Below are positions 41,101 to 50,500 of a stretch of DNA of 50,788 bases, piece by piece. Position 1 is the first letter of the stretch. Each line of letters begins with the position of its first letter. The notes beneath the pieces were generated by a model. That model made no database searches. It saw only the letters and a list, made by a program, of their open reading frames with translations, and was not told the origin of the DNA. Made by a program: the position numbers and the translations under genes. Source of the stretch: an uncultured virus (IMG/VR IMGVR_UViG_3300030102_006999) (taxonomy: Duplodnaviria > Heunggongvirae > Uroviricota > Caudoviricetes); IMG/VR virus record IMGVR_UViG_3300030102_006999, one strand, 5' to 3'.

Positions 41101-42524
41101 CTTTGACTCTGGACCAGTTATTCCAAGAAGCGACAGTCAAACAAACCAGAATTCAACCAAATTTGAATGTTTGGCCAAATAACGAACCTCTTGCCGGCTT
41201 TGCTACTACAGGATCTTATCCTATGGCTAAAAATCATGCAAATGCATTTGCCATGAAATTAGATTCTTGCATCTTCCCGTTTGCTAAAACTTTTGAACAA
41301 TCGAAGAAAGACCCTACTCAAAAATCTGCAAGATGGACAATCCAAACAAAATTTGAAACACCAGTGCTTAATTTCTCTGATAAAACACTAAGACCCTTAA
41401 CTTTGGATAATATTGAGTTACCAGTTAACTTAACTGGGACAGTTGTTGGAGATTTTGGAACGCGTCTACCTTGTGAAGCCGCCGCCTTATACGGATATGG
41501 TGGCCAGACCGCGACACCAATAGGAATGTGGCACCAGTTTGGTTTAATCCCCCAAGGAGATGAAGGGATTCACTTATCTATTAGTGATATCGATGTAGCT
41601 TACCTAGCAGATGTAAACGACGACGATGGATTTTATGTCAACAGAACTGGAATGAAATCTATTATAGATGTTGTAGGATTTAAGAAAAATGATTCAAGAA
41701 AGATTGGTTCTTTGGCACAAACAAGAACTATATCTGAAGCGGTAGTTGCAATACCTTATGTTATCAAAAACGGTAAAAGAAAGTTTTTTGAAATAGATAG
41801 AGGAATGATTGATTTTGCGGAAGATACAATTAATGAAGCGCAAGTATTCCGATCCACCGGTATTCCTTGCGGGGATTCGATAATCGATATGGTAAGGAAG
41901 ATGCAAAAGTTTATAGTTCCTCCAAAATTTGATTTTGTTAAGAACTCTGATATTACGCCATTTGCCACATACATTTTCGAGTTTAATCATACTTTCAATC
42001 AAGATGACTTATCTTATATATGGCAAAACATTGCTCCCCCTACGGGAAGAAGAATGGAAGAAGTTACATCTGAAGTATCTCACAAAATCGCAGATATTGA
42101 ACTTATGGAAAAGATGAAAGATAAGATCCGATGGATTGTTTTCAAAATAAAACAAAGAGGAAACAATAACTATTTTAGTACCCTAGCTGGCCAATCTATT
42201 GAGAAAGAAAAACAGTTTGATTATAGTTACAACTGGCCATATGACTATTGTTCTTTAATAGAATTTGTAAAAGTAACTTCTCAAGTAGAATACTCTACTG
42301 ATAAATCTATAGATGTTAATGAATCCGAAGCAAACACAAGTAAACAGCTTCAAAAAGGAATCAGGTCAACAAAACCTTTATATAAATCTGCAGATTCAAG
42401 CAGATTAGATACTGCTGGCTTGACTAGAGAGGAAGCAAAAAGCAGAAAAAGGCGTAAAAAAGATAGAAAAGACGATAAAAAGAGCATCGGAGCCTTTAAA
42501 ACAGAATCAGGAGACAAATCATGA
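32193..42524 (+). CDS. Giant (~3440 aa) baseplate/tail-associated protein with three LamG-like domains and a reelin-like module
   Basis: LamG motifs at ~32760-33430, ~34215-34920 and ~37370-37950. Wedge-like (gp7/P2-I) motif YKSKGTEKSFRNLIRCFG at 33951. Asp-box YSTDLGSNW at 38181. Spans the N gap in frame. Confidence 0.8.
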   Translation: MTTRDLFTKKTPYKILSSETLDKISENVESADNINQRLEEKNRFIPVVNFEYPENFAKYGKAEEYYRNSFTRIQDDYPYDGSLKEKTEFRNQSSYLDLYLLDNKYPRTTGHAIFSPNGWGTVAASTPTTPSGYIGLSDSPEYVYIKGGPNQAPEQFLDKPLKNQFEKANKYDPDLNRQSNLKMDFEEGITVEFWMEKPVLMNTSSYPLAGTSIEIPFMVSNQTSGSFAVLINTSDTSPTAAPFSILATSGSTSAIVNIPSITNADYLAAGWHHFAFSVKSTGASLSLSAYLDGESKGTFDAGPGTNMGEVTGTINASLGAGTTLTYPSIGLELPLDGYGKISGSIDEFRYWKTERTPAQIGKYWFTQFGGGTNTDTSNTDLGVYYKFNEGIVENNSIDSTVLDYSGRISNGNWVGYSNNSRLTSSAIDIYLGKSSEFKDPIIYSSHPDVISVTNELISLGIDHDTTNNSSIYNSIPSWITEEDELVGKDLLKLTQILSSYFDSLHMQIEAMPRLKDKVYNDPSIIKPTTFSSRLLESQGFVAPEIFAEADVLAQILKRDADRKYELDLYDIKNVIYQNVYNNIVNIYKSKGTEKSFRNLIRCFGVDEELIRLNIYGNNVEYQIKDNYRETSVKKNYADFNHPDRFASTVYQQTASADLNTTSYISGSSLAEYVPFTVECEVVFPKKLEKSNSNYFETPFVTSSLFGFHGADSLTDFTWPTLAADDANIQVYAVREERESKNIYFKLSNRAGSIDITTPIYEEVYDNKKWNLTVRVRPEQQHADLVSGSATGNLVVEFSGLNSEAGIVDEQFFYTASVPSTILTTEGKRLYAGAHRTNFTGSVLSQTDVKISSVRYWASYLTDDTLKTHARDASSHGSSSPYQSSYLWPTSIDGIDVPQEETLALNWNFGNVISSDSGISGIPTISDAGYYVADISSGSLDLTSRYGWLGNVLKYQHTGRGDFYIPNDNKVVDVKYIYSGKLTGPEVIQSSDMINILGESELYFDRDSRPVNFFYAIEKSMYQTISDEMLKMFSTIKDFSNLIGEPVNRYRQNYKSMEKLRHLFFENVENTPSLDKYIDFYKWIDSSLNEMIQQLVPMSADVSDEIRNMVESHVLERNKYQTKFPTLEFTPTDPNAGMQGINRLLYNWKYDHHPVSNQQNENCKWWKTRADRTETPAISSGDPLVDEGRQRILDVKLTALNRRYNTPLRLETGLQRAIKGGNNTKNVKGIDITRVNAKFGTTDGVRITKAESLEDCTDVLDPNKKNYVSLWTKDVPDEEYLNAYGKTVLPLEAKFSDANLTYVGGGTAIVNTHRDVYGPDAETPAQGPFTNQHVGGFPFRHVPVNDGTDSSLNRIEGWKYDISGGFRFIYQDADKPRAVYYRDETAKRPLNIKNIKGAYGNFTKNWEVVQSAGRMMNNKAWVSAEGWDLHPEGTPSTWVSGLSDTPKIQRGRNESVIVSRFSAPGGPDTMGDSNGGPGLDYLSAEYSFNNDMNARNWDVRSANQLFLTSHVNQFGFFSNEGNLLDAGSSEVTPLDYSGTGSIYQVNRNTLRRLEMSGTAKITGSQHDNFYIQHSIPRSDLNYSWVNSSYVTVDPSALGYWTEGLFDYTAKVATVYREDFTSSFGSEWNVVNEVVPRKSKNSDNWVARFGDWTESGAGSNRILALTTDFELPIQISYEYARGQYENRQNKVFATFGENTSGAYTVLSGSGKCVDTWGTTAPPPGKNDTFTISFWFKPASSTFTNQQFLFSWDDQTSNNAPARLYITPTEIGYYQEYTGGTSLNIEAIHTHSSSEWTHVTLTHDVGSANAGDLPTLYINGVSASLNVQSNTVTGTGELGKDFTSFIIGGRDPYNTVSAPDAYPNYCYTGSVDNIYWHADILLPEQIEELYNNGFPPNVENLSFFVGFNDAPNYPNHYLNIGENINDRKNYVNDIASPPPPPNYTVYDFEGFNPANQLNFFALQNSSAFGIDDTLFTLEEYPGYNMTSPSPSAGQTLKLQYSTDLGSNWQDLEILDDSNLFQGRDVGFITRTANLYPSATETTARIRFIQTSYTNAKRDNWAVNSVQIDRTFVINPVTFSPYSDYVSYFNDPDYQFGKDRSALGSDPMFLPTTYNGLNYNIYEPITGLNNLTLGYDSSATLADYVNEDMFQALSIDFEAATLNALLLKRNGPYGYPIFKQVRTGEHAIARSLRRNNLIACTQEPGSTIDLNGQQYIEKYGKTTVCREPSVNSSFGTLDYLLGFRVSTETKGKNPEYLVRPVQIKTTYGNNLGYFSSPILNVCADYDKTGLSSQPQAYDTIKGLYLDGALNDVNSPVYSLISLKYSERVFPAELNSYSGINRKRTDYIERFWKDDIRNRIILGRTKFYNARRNSANKFINQQSSWAIDANSWFTYQTLPVTGSEVSGSTRIGLCNPIAKISRAGGSSVEEQNAASGELQNGYVFQWKHWESDPDGGTGFFPVPEYRPNDLRMGALYSRKQDVHSYYSVVNPSGMEFINVNLTSSNYLNDFELSLSSTENPTGPGLHDGDTIGWINGAVGAAKFETADLAGKIINNQFVSESQNPFDNDYDQYNKEMILKNKDYSVVPEFKISDHMKFYFEEKGRDFLTDNPSQLNIHGTTLSSSTDDFYTTYSFSDFMKYFEVIDSDHSKMDDLDKTLTLRCSAIKKFLPYDGFYPAERTLEISNLFQENYYTYMSESVPPLLAGDSAQRPIISAFTSPGILYNTIKSGIAVDYPIYTSSYGTVNYSAIDHLSQSHDTSYYALGTGSRGHQGWDYRVPFEAILAPEIVNGIKFYDMEPNPEVKLPAAGSNDHVITALVAPVDDNLYKRAMSNFLAETSEFFLDKGLSTFVSDVDDGGYFFESGSYGMRIRLRRSMNKQRTSGISFPVPQDSPQDEGLHETITMYSRPTAFGPAVAGSDNFFMTGSQSTSGLDRWQXXXXWQNSDSLYGKNPSFTPPYYDGECWYDIVYSTNQAETLTLDQLFQEATVKQTRIQPNLNVWPNNEPLAGFATTGSYPMAKNHANAFAMKLDSCIFPFAKTFEQSKKDPTQKSARWTIQTKFETPVLNFSDKTLRPLTLDNIELPVNLTGTVVGDFGTRLPCEAAALYGYGGQTATPIGMWHQFGLIPQGDEGIHLSISDIDVAYLADVNDDDGFYVNRTGMKSIIDVVGFKKNDSRKIGSLAQTRTISEAVVAIPYVIKNGKRKFFEIDRGMIDFAEDTINEAQVFRSTGIPCGDSIIDMVRKMQKFIVPPKFDFVKNSDITPFATYIFEFNHTFNQDDLSYIWQNIAPPTGRRMEEVTSEVSHKIADIELMEKMKDKIRWIVFKIKQRGNNNYFSTLAGQSIEKEKQFDYSYNWPYDYCSLIEFVKVTSQVEYSTDKSIDVNESEANTSKQLQKGIRSTKPLYKSADSSRLDTAGLTREEAKSRKRRKKDRKDDKKSIGAFKTESGDKS

Positions 42525-43636
42525 AGTTTTTTGACGACAAGGAAGAGGTTTTAGACATACAAATAACTCAATTTGGCAAACATCTATTGTCTCTCGGTAA
42601 ATGGAGGCCTGTTTATTATGCATTTTTTGATGACAATATTCTATACGATGGCGCCGCAGCCGACATAGAAGAATCTCAGAACGACATAGAGTCAAGAATT
42701 CAAGAAAACACGCCCCAAATGCATACTCAATATACATTTTCTGGTAGAGAAACAGACTTTTTGAGAATATTAAAATCAAAAGAAGATAAAAACTTATCAG
42801 AAACTGAAAAAGTCAAGATTCAATCGACGGCAGAAAAAGATTATTCTTTGACAGCCCCACTAGGAACATCCGACTTTGGTACTAACAAGTCTCCGAGATG
42901 GAAAATAAAAATGCTAGAAGGAACGATTAATAAAACATCGGACAGCTTGACTGGATCTTTTCAAACTCTACCTATTCCTCAATTAGAGATTGATTTAACT
43001 TATAAAGTATTTCCTCAAAACATATCAGATTATTCTAAAGGTAGGGATTCTTTTGGCCAGATAGATGCAGAAGAATTAGGAACAGGCGTTTTTCAAGACG
43101 GAACTTTTTTAGATGTAGAAAGTCAGACAATACTTATTGATTTAGAAGAGTTGAATGTGCCATTTGATATTGAAAACTTCGACATACAAGTGTATGAAGT
43201 CGAAGAAGATAGCATCCCGGGCGTAAGTCAGAAAGTTCCTAGTATAAATCAATTGTTTTTTGAAAAAAATAAGCAGCAGATTGTCAATAATATATTAATT
43301 TCTGACAGACCAGAGTTCGAAAGTATTGAAAAAGACCCTTCATATGTAGAATATTATTTTGATGTCTTTGTAGATCACGAAATAGACCCTTCGGTGATGT
43401 CGCGCGCCGTGACAGTTTTAAAATCAAAAGGTTTATACTCTGATGAATTTTATGAAACCCCACAAATGCCTGTTGTTGCAACTACGGCTGATCTTTATAG
43501 AGATCAATCATATACAGATTTAGTGACTTGTAATGATGAAAACGCCAACATAGCTCCAAAAGCTTCGATTACTACAAAAGCAGGACCTTTTAAAAGAATA
43601 CAAAAACCAATGGATAATGGTGATGAAAATAGTTAA
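42521..43636 (+). CDS. Probable virion structural protein
   Basis: 371 aa, AGGAG SD, ATGA overlap; N-terminus DIQITQFGK...YYAFFDDNILYD. Confidence 0.75.
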   Translation: MKFFDDKEEVLDIQITQFGKHLLSLGKWRPVYYAFFDDNILYDGAAADIEESQNDIESRIQENTPQMHTQYTFSGRETDFLRILKSKEDKNLSETEKVKIQSTAEKDYSLTAPLGTSDFGTNKSPRWKIKMLEGTINKTSDSLTGSFQTLPIPQLEIDLTYKVFPQNISDYSKGRDSFGQIDAEELGTGVFQDGTFLDVESQTILIDLEELNVPFDIENFDIQVYEVEEDSIPGVSQKVPSINQLFFEKNKQQIVNNILISDRPEFESIEKDPSYVEYYFDVFVDHEIDPSVMSRAVTVLKSKGLYSDEFYETPQMPVVATTADLYRDQSYTDLVTCNDENANIAPKASITTKAGPFKRIQKPMDNGDENS

Positions 43637-43640
43637 GAAC

Positions 43641-43647
43641 TATTTAT
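43641..43647 (+). promoter_or_regulatory. Candidate phage late-promoter motif
   Basis: TATTTAT in a 26-nt intergenic gap, followed by a TAAGGA SD. Confidence 0.4.
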
Positions 43648-43662
43648 AAGTAAGGAACTAAA

Positions 43663-46600
43663 ATGCCAGTAAACGTAGATACAAAATCTCTAGCAGGAAA
43701 ATACCTACCTAGTGTATATGTTTCTGAAATTTCCATCAAAGAAGGTGGAACATTGAGGCTGAAGAAAAAAGATAAAGCCTCAATAAAAGAAAAAAGTCTT
43801 TTTAAGGACTCCAAAAAGAAAACTAGAGTATCTTCTGGAAAGACTATAGCTGTTAAAAGACCTAGAAAAAGCAAAACAGAAAAATCTCTTACAATAAACC
43901 TTGATATGGTGATTAGGGACGTTATTGAAAAAGATGCAATTAGTACTTGGATGGCAAACAGTGATTTTACTAAGTTTTTAAAAATAAAAATAATCCAAAG
44001 CACGAGTCCAAAGTTGACAAAAATGTTGTCAAAGGGTAGAACGGACGCTGTGCGCGCGCCTAGATTTAAAAAACACGCAGCGGTAAGAATATTATCAGTT
44101 CAAAAAGACAACTTTGATTTAAAAGATTACATAAAGATACACTCTTCAGATGGCGAAAGAATATACGAAATCCCTTATGAGACTACAATGTTAGTTGAAG
44201 GCCACAAACCCGACCATCTTTCTTATTTTATCTTTACTTTCTTAGATATTCAAGAAATGGCCCAGAGCTATGGTTTGAAATTCGATGAAAAGAAAAAATT
44301 TATAGGACAAATATCAGAAGAGCCCGTGATCATAAACAAAGAAGTTAAAACCACTTCTGAAATATATTATTTATCAGAGACAAATCAGGTTTGGTCTGGT
44401 AAGGTACATAAGAAGTCTGGCCAATGGTTTACTGGTACGCAAAGGACTCGAACTCCTCGGCCTTTAAACAAACAAAGGATCACAAATGGAAAAATAAAAG
44501 ACTATAGAGACGTAAACGATGTTGGTTCTAAAAAAATAGAAATAAAGCCCGCTTTAAAAACCTTCCAAAGAGATCAAAAAAAGCAACTAAATCGAGATAT
44601 GGTACCTCCAAAAGTGTCTGCTTCTTACATCTCTCAAGGAACAGTGTCTCCAAAGCAAAACGGAGACACGTCAATCATTTTCCATGTAGATGTCAGAAAG
44701 TGGATCAGAGAGCAAAGTGCTTTCGGCACAATAATACAAAACTCTACCAATAAAAGGGCTGTTGAGGAAATATATTTTCTTTCTAAAATAAAGAATCTAA
44801 AAGTAATAAGAAGAAGAATTAACAAAACATCTTCCATCAATAAGCTAGGCACAAATACAACATCTCTTAACTTTGATCCATCGAGGCAGATAGTTGAGAC
44901 TATTGTCTATTCTGCTGATAAAAATGGTTTTTTAAAGAAAAAGAAAACAAAGCAAGGCGCTATCAGAGAAATACAAAATTTAGCTTTTACAAATAACGTT
45001 CGAACTTTCACGGCAGAAGACAAATCAATGAAAGATATAACAGATGGACTATATCAGTATGGCGTAGAAATAGAAGCGATAGATGGCACAGTAGTATTTC
45101 TAAACAAAAGACTCAACAGACTAATAGCAGCAAAAAAAGAGCTTGATTTATATTACAATGATGCCATTTGTCCGAAATATATTTCTCCAAATGGAAAATT
45201 CAAGCCAACTCTTTCTAAAAAATATAAAAGACTAAACAAAAGGCCTTGGTCTGCAGCAATCGCAGTATATTTAGACGTTTATACCTCTTTATCGAGATTA
45301 CCAAGAAATAGAAAGATTATGGCTAGAAAGCTATTCTCCATGACAAACCCGGCTTCTGGAACTGAATCTGGAATCTATGGCTTGCTGACAATGGTCGAAC
45401 AATTGATAAATCAAGTTACTGCCGCGCTAGGTTCAAAAAGAATGCAGTCTTATACACTGAACACTAGAATGTCTATAAATTCAGATTCTACTTCTCGCGC
45501 ATCAGGTGGAGCAAAGACAGCCAAACAATTTAAAGTTTCTACATTATCCATGAACAAATATTTTAGAGACACCCATGATAGCAACTTGCCAAAGAACTTT
45601 GGAATCGATTTTCTGGGTAATCAAGGAGTTCAAGATATTGGAACAAGGGCTATTTTATTCTCCGATTTTGATAATAGAATAGATCAAGAAAATAGTATAT
45701 ATTGGAAAGATAGTATTTCAGCAGCCAGCAATATATTAAAAAGCGAAGCAGAAGAAGAAGCTCAAGCGCCTGACATGTCACCAATTTTAAATCTGGAAGC
45801 TGTTGAATATGGGTATTTGACTCCATCGACAATCTCCGCAGGGCCAATAACCTTGAATAGAATGGACGCAGGTCAATCCATTTGGTCACCAGAACAATAT
45901 AATACCATAACTTCTACGGTTGTTTCAATAAACTCTGGCTCACCACCTAGTACAAACTCCTCTACAATGACAAGACCAGAAGATCCAGAGGATTCTGAAT
46001 CAAACACTATTTCCATGACAAGGCCCAATCCTTATGATAAAACAACTATCAAGTCTGGAAATGATATCGGAAAACAAGCAAGTGATTCATCAAAGAATAA
46101 CTTATTGGCTCAACTGGGAGTCGTTATAGTTGAGCCTACTGAAGAAAATTTAGAAGAGTTTTCTAGTTTGTCTACGGCTACTAAGAAAAAGTTGTTAATA
46201 TCGGTAGATAAAATATTAGATCCACTAGATCCGCTAAACTCAATATCAGAGGAAGCGTGCAATAATCAGTTAGATACAGACAATAAACAAATTAGTGAAA
46301 GAAAAAGAAGTGATGTTAAAAAGAGAAATTCAGAAAACAAATCAGCGGTGGCTGATGTGTTTATAAATAACTTAGCATCTTCTGGAGTATTGAATCCTAG
46401 CAACACAACACAGTCTAGTCCTTTTGCACAGCCAACTATCATGCCGATAGAAGATTACGATTTGACAACATCAAAAAATGTAGTAGACTCTATCAGAAAA
46501 TCGCCGCTAAAAAAGGCTCAAATAGAGGGCATACCAAACCAAATGAGATCATTGATGTTCTCCAGAAGCGATTCTACAAAAAATAACTGGCTAGATCAAA

Positions 46601-47541
46601 ATCAAGATCCATTAAAATCCCCAGAAACTTCACAAATGATGAGGTACAATTATGGAACCTTTGGCAAGATTGAGGTTTTCATGGGATTCAAAAAAGACAA
46701 GCATGGAAATAATATCATATTAAAGCCAATCTTTAAGATGCTAAATAAATCAATAATCAAAAGAGCAAACGGTAACCAGTTAATGTGTAGAATAGAAAAT
46801 TATAAAAATAAAGCTTTGGGTATAGGAGATAACTCTCTTGATATGAGAATCTTTGATAATTGTTTTATCATGTCTCCATCGGAAGTACTCGCTACTGCAA
46901 ATAAAGCAAAATATATTTCTAAAAGACAAAAGGCCCTAGAAGATGGAGATCAACTTATGGATTCGCAGTTTTTAACAGGAATTCCAAGCGCAGAAGTAAC
47001 GATTGGAAAGCAGCTTTTTAGTATGAAAGACGAACAAAGGCTTAAACTTGAAAGATCTATATCTAAAGGCGGAAGCGATCAGCAAATAGCCGAAATAGTT
47101 GCCGACATGGTTAAGGTTGAAGATACACAAAAATTGATGGAAGCTGCAACAACTGGCGGTACCGAAGTTATGCAAATTCAAAATCAAGAATATATACAGC
47201 AACCCACAGTTTCAGAAAAAACTCAAACAATGACTAGGCCAAAAGAAGAAGAAACTATCGAAGAGATTTTAGGTCCTAGTGTAGAGGAAGAAATGTTAGA
47301 AGAAATGGCAAAACAACAAGGTGCTCAAGAAGCAATGATTGAATATTCAAACAGTACCGTCAAGGGAACAGATCGATTCGAAGAAGAACAAGAAGAAGAA
47401 TGGGGATTCTTGCCAAATTTAGAAGATGAGCCAGAAGAATCATTATTTGGAGAAATAGAATTGCAACCAATGAATGCCAATAGTACAACAACTTCTTTTT
47501 TAACTGGCCCGCAAACATTCTCTCCGGGAGGTAGCTACTAA
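43663..47541 (+). CDS. Large (1292 aa) protein of unknown function, probably structural
   Basis: Uninterrupted ORF with a basic N-terminal half and an acidic C-terminus. Confidence 0.8.
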   Translation: MPVNVDTKSLAGKYLPSVYVSEISIKEGGTLRLKKKDKASIKEKSLFKDSKKKTRVSSGKTIAVKRPRKSKTEKSLTINLDMVIRDVIEKDAISTWMANSDFTKFLKIKIIQSTSPKLTKMLSKGRTDAVRAPRFKKHAAVRILSVQKDNFDLKDYIKIHSSDGERIYEIPYETTMLVEGHKPDHLSYFIFTFLDIQEMAQSYGLKFDEKKKFIGQISEEPVIINKEVKTTSEIYYLSETNQVWSGKVHKKSGQWFTGTQRTRTPRPLNKQRITNGKIKDYRDVNDVGSKKIEIKPALKTFQRDQKKQLNRDMVPPKVSASYISQGTVSPKQNGDTSIIFHVDVRKWIREQSAFGTIIQNSTNKRAVEEIYFLSKIKNLKVIRRRINKTSSINKLGTNTTSLNFDPSRQIVETIVYSADKNGFLKKKKTKQGAIREIQNLAFTNNVRTFTAEDKSMKDITDGLYQYGVEIEAIDGTVVFLNKRLNRLIAAKKELDLYYNDAICPKYISPNGKFKPTLSKKYKRLNKRPWSAAIAVYLDVYTSLSRLPRNRKIMARKLFSMTNPASGTESGIYGLLTMVEQLINQVTAALGSKRMQSYTLNTRMSINSDSTSRASGGAKTAKQFKVSTLSMNKYFRDTHDSNLPKNFGIDFLGNQGVQDIGTRAILFSDFDNRIDQENSIYWKDSISAASNILKSEAEEEAQAPDMSPILNLEAVEYGYLTPSTISAGPITLNRMDAGQSIWSPEQYNTITSTVVSINSGSPPSTNSSTMTRPEDPEDSESNTISMTRPNPYDKTTIKSGNDIGKQASDSSKNNLLAQLGVVIVEPTEENLEEFSSLSTATKKKLLISVDKILDPLDPLNSISEEACNNQLDTDNKQISERKRSDVKKRNSENKSAVADVFINNLASSGVLNPSNTTQSSPFAQPTIMPIEDYDLTTSKNVVDSIRKSPLKKAQIEGIPNQMRSLMFSRSDSTKNNWLDQNQDPLKSPETSQMMRYNYGTFGKIEVFMGFKKDKHGNNIILKPIFKMLNKSIIKRANGNQLMCRIENYKNKALGIGDNSLDMRIFDNCFIMSPSEVLATANKAKYISKRQKALEDGDQLMDSQFLTGIPSAEVTIGKQLFSMKDEQRLKLERSISKGGSDQQIAEIVADMVKVEDTQKLMEAATTGGTEVMQIQNQEYIQQPTVSEKTQTMTRPKEEETIEEILGPSVEEEMLEEMAKQQGAQEAMIEYSNSTVKGTDRFEEEQEEEWGFLPNLEDEPEESLFGEIELQPMNANSTTTSFLTGPQTFSPGGSY

Positions 47542-50500
47542 TGCCGCAATATAAGAAAAATGTATACGTCTTGTCTAGTATTTACGAAGGATCTATAGAT
47601 GGTATTCGAAACGCTGTCGGCAATTATTGGACTGGTGCAACTTTCTTTCCTGATTATGGAGATTTAGTAAAAAATAACACAAGTCCACAATTAAAAAAGA
47701 AAGTAAAGAAGGTCAATTCTATAAAAATCATCCCAAGAAAGACAAAGATAAAAAACTTAAAAAAGTTTCCATTTTTAGAAACAAAACATGATTTTGAGAT
47801 GTATGCTGACAAATCTCTATACGAAGATGATACGGCATGGATAAGATATATTGAAAACATCTGTAACCCAGCTATAGTTTATATGGATTTGTGCTTTGAT
47901 GTTGAAAACCCAATAGCATCTGGTGAATTTGAAGTGCAAAATTTTTCTCCCTCAATGGTTTATGAAAAAGCAGAGTTTAAATACAACTACTATTCTCGAC
48001 TTTACGAGCTGACAACAGACAATTCAAGAACGAAAGAAAATATATTGCCAAATCTATATATGTTTTTGTTGAGCAGAGAAGACGAAACAAACGATAAATT
48101 TTTCCAAGCATTGACAGCAGGGGGAGAACTAGAAAAATCTGCTATAAGAAGCGTTAGAGTTGGTAAAGAAGACGAGTTCCCTGAATATTTTGAAGTGTTT
48201 GGGGCCGCACAGCGCTCAATGAGTATTGAAAAAATAGAGAATATTGCTTCAAAATCTAAAAATATTATTTTTGATACTAAATCTGAAGAAATATTTAAGC
48301 AAGCCGAAGATTTAGCGACTTCATTTCCAATGCAGGTGGCTTTAGAATTTTCAGCAGATGCAGCAACAGAATTTACAGAAGCTTTATCAGATTCTTGCTT
48401 GGAGACCTCTCTGATATCTTATCTATCTTTGCTTCCAAGAAACCCAACGCCCGAAGAGCAAGCAAAATTTTTTATCAAAGAAGAGCCGATGGAAAGATTC
48501 TTTGAAGAAATAACACCATCTATTGATGATGACCCAAGTCAAACAACAGTAAACTCTAGCAGTTCAAATGTAAAAATTATAGATATTCAAAAATGGATGA
48601 AGAAGATAGCAAAAAACAAAAAAATAGTTAGATCTAAGAACACTTCAATAATCGGCCAAAAGTCAAAAGCAGATATGGCTTCGGCATTCGAAAAAATGAT
48701 GTACATGATCATCTTTTCTGGAAAGTTAAAAGGTATGATAGATAAATATCATAGATCTTATACGGATATTTCTGACGGAGAAAAGAGTTATTCAGAGACA
48801 TTTTGCTATAAAATAGAAAAGTTTTCAGAAACAACAGGATCCGAACCTATCCAAACTATTTGGCTACCAAACAGTAATAAGCTAGAAGTTATAAAATACA
48901 TCGACACTCAAGTAAAATATGGCAAAAAATACACCTATAGAGCTTCGGCATATCAATTTGTTATAGGATCAGAATACCGGTACTGCGATTTAAACTTTCC
49001 AGATACTTACGATGCTCCTTCAAACATATCTGACACTTTAGTACAAAATGGCCAAGTACCCGAAATAGATTTTTCAAATACGACAGCCAGATCTTCTGCT
49101 ATTGAAGAGCCGATGCCAATTTTAAATCTAGAAAAAGATTATTCTAGATATCTTACAAATTCAGAAATTTTTGCAGAACATGCAGACGAACTCGCAGACC
49201 GACCGGTTTTTTATTATTCAAGCAATACTGAAGAAATAAGAAAGTATATTAAGTCATTTCAAGATTATAACATTCTAGTGGGGCATCTTAGGGGTGTTCA
49301 AGCAATACGTTCAGATTTGCCACCATTGCCTGCATATTATGACAATACTAAAACTATTTTTAATATATTTAGAAATCAACTTTCATCAATGAAAGAGAAG
49401 ATAAATGGTTTTTTAGAAAGATTTAACGATTCGTATATTCCTTCGTTAGAATCTCAAGAAAAAAGAGATTCTTTAAAGATTATCGGAGACGATTTACGAA
49501 AAGCTACCGGCTGGATTGCTTTAATGGATACTTTTTACTTGACATATGAACAAAAAATGAGAGAATTTAGTGAGAAGTTGGACGCCTTGGACACATCGAG
49601 AGATACAGATACTAGATTGGCATACGACAGAATGAACGAGATAGTTGAAGAAACTAAAAACTTATCAATCCAGTTCTCCAAATATTACGATGACTTATAC
49701 GATATTTTATACAAATATAGAGTAATAAACGAATCAAAACCTACCGAAATGAGGCCTGCGCTACAAGCAATGATAAAAAATGCAAATGCAAGCACTAACA
49801 CGGTAGCAACAACAAATTTTGGAGCAATGCAATCTTTAGAACCGGGTCAATCCGGTATGTTTGCTACTGTTCCTGCTGATGCTGTAGATAAAAGAGATTA
49901 TGGAGAGATAGAAGAGGAAGAAACAGACCTGACGGTAGAAGGCCTAGGCCAAGAAGTCAAAAGACCTAAATTTTTTATATCTACAGATAAAAAGATTTTC
50001 AAAACAAAGTATGCCAACAGATTATATGTTGTCGCCAAAAAAAGGGAATCTGTAAATGATGATAAATATTTCAAAGCATCGTTATCCGTAAAAGTTCAAC
50101 CATCTATCAAGATAGCAGAAGTCCCATTTTTTGAAACTACGGGAGTCATATCGGATAATCCACCGGTGCCTCCTGAAGTAACGATGGTACCATACAGAGG
50201 TGTGAAAGATAAAGTTCTAATAAACTTAAATACAGCTGTTGGAAAATATGAAATGATGCCGATCACTTTTAATAGACTTGAGGAGTTAAAAGTTGAAGAA
50301 ATAAGGGAAAGCAAAAGGCTTCCTCCTAATAGCAAAATAACTTATTCAACAGATGATAGAGTAGAAGCATTTGAAATATACAGATTAGATCGTCCTCCTG
50401 AAAAAATTGAAGATTTTGCAAATAATTTAAGGAAATATTTAGAAACAGATGTCGACTCTCTAACTCTTCAGAAGGCTTCTTCAGCATCTTTCATTGATAA

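Noticed and set aside
1437..50335. All minus-strand and nested alternate-frame ORFs in the track
   Set aside because: Short shadows of long + strand genes, with no motifs or SD support.
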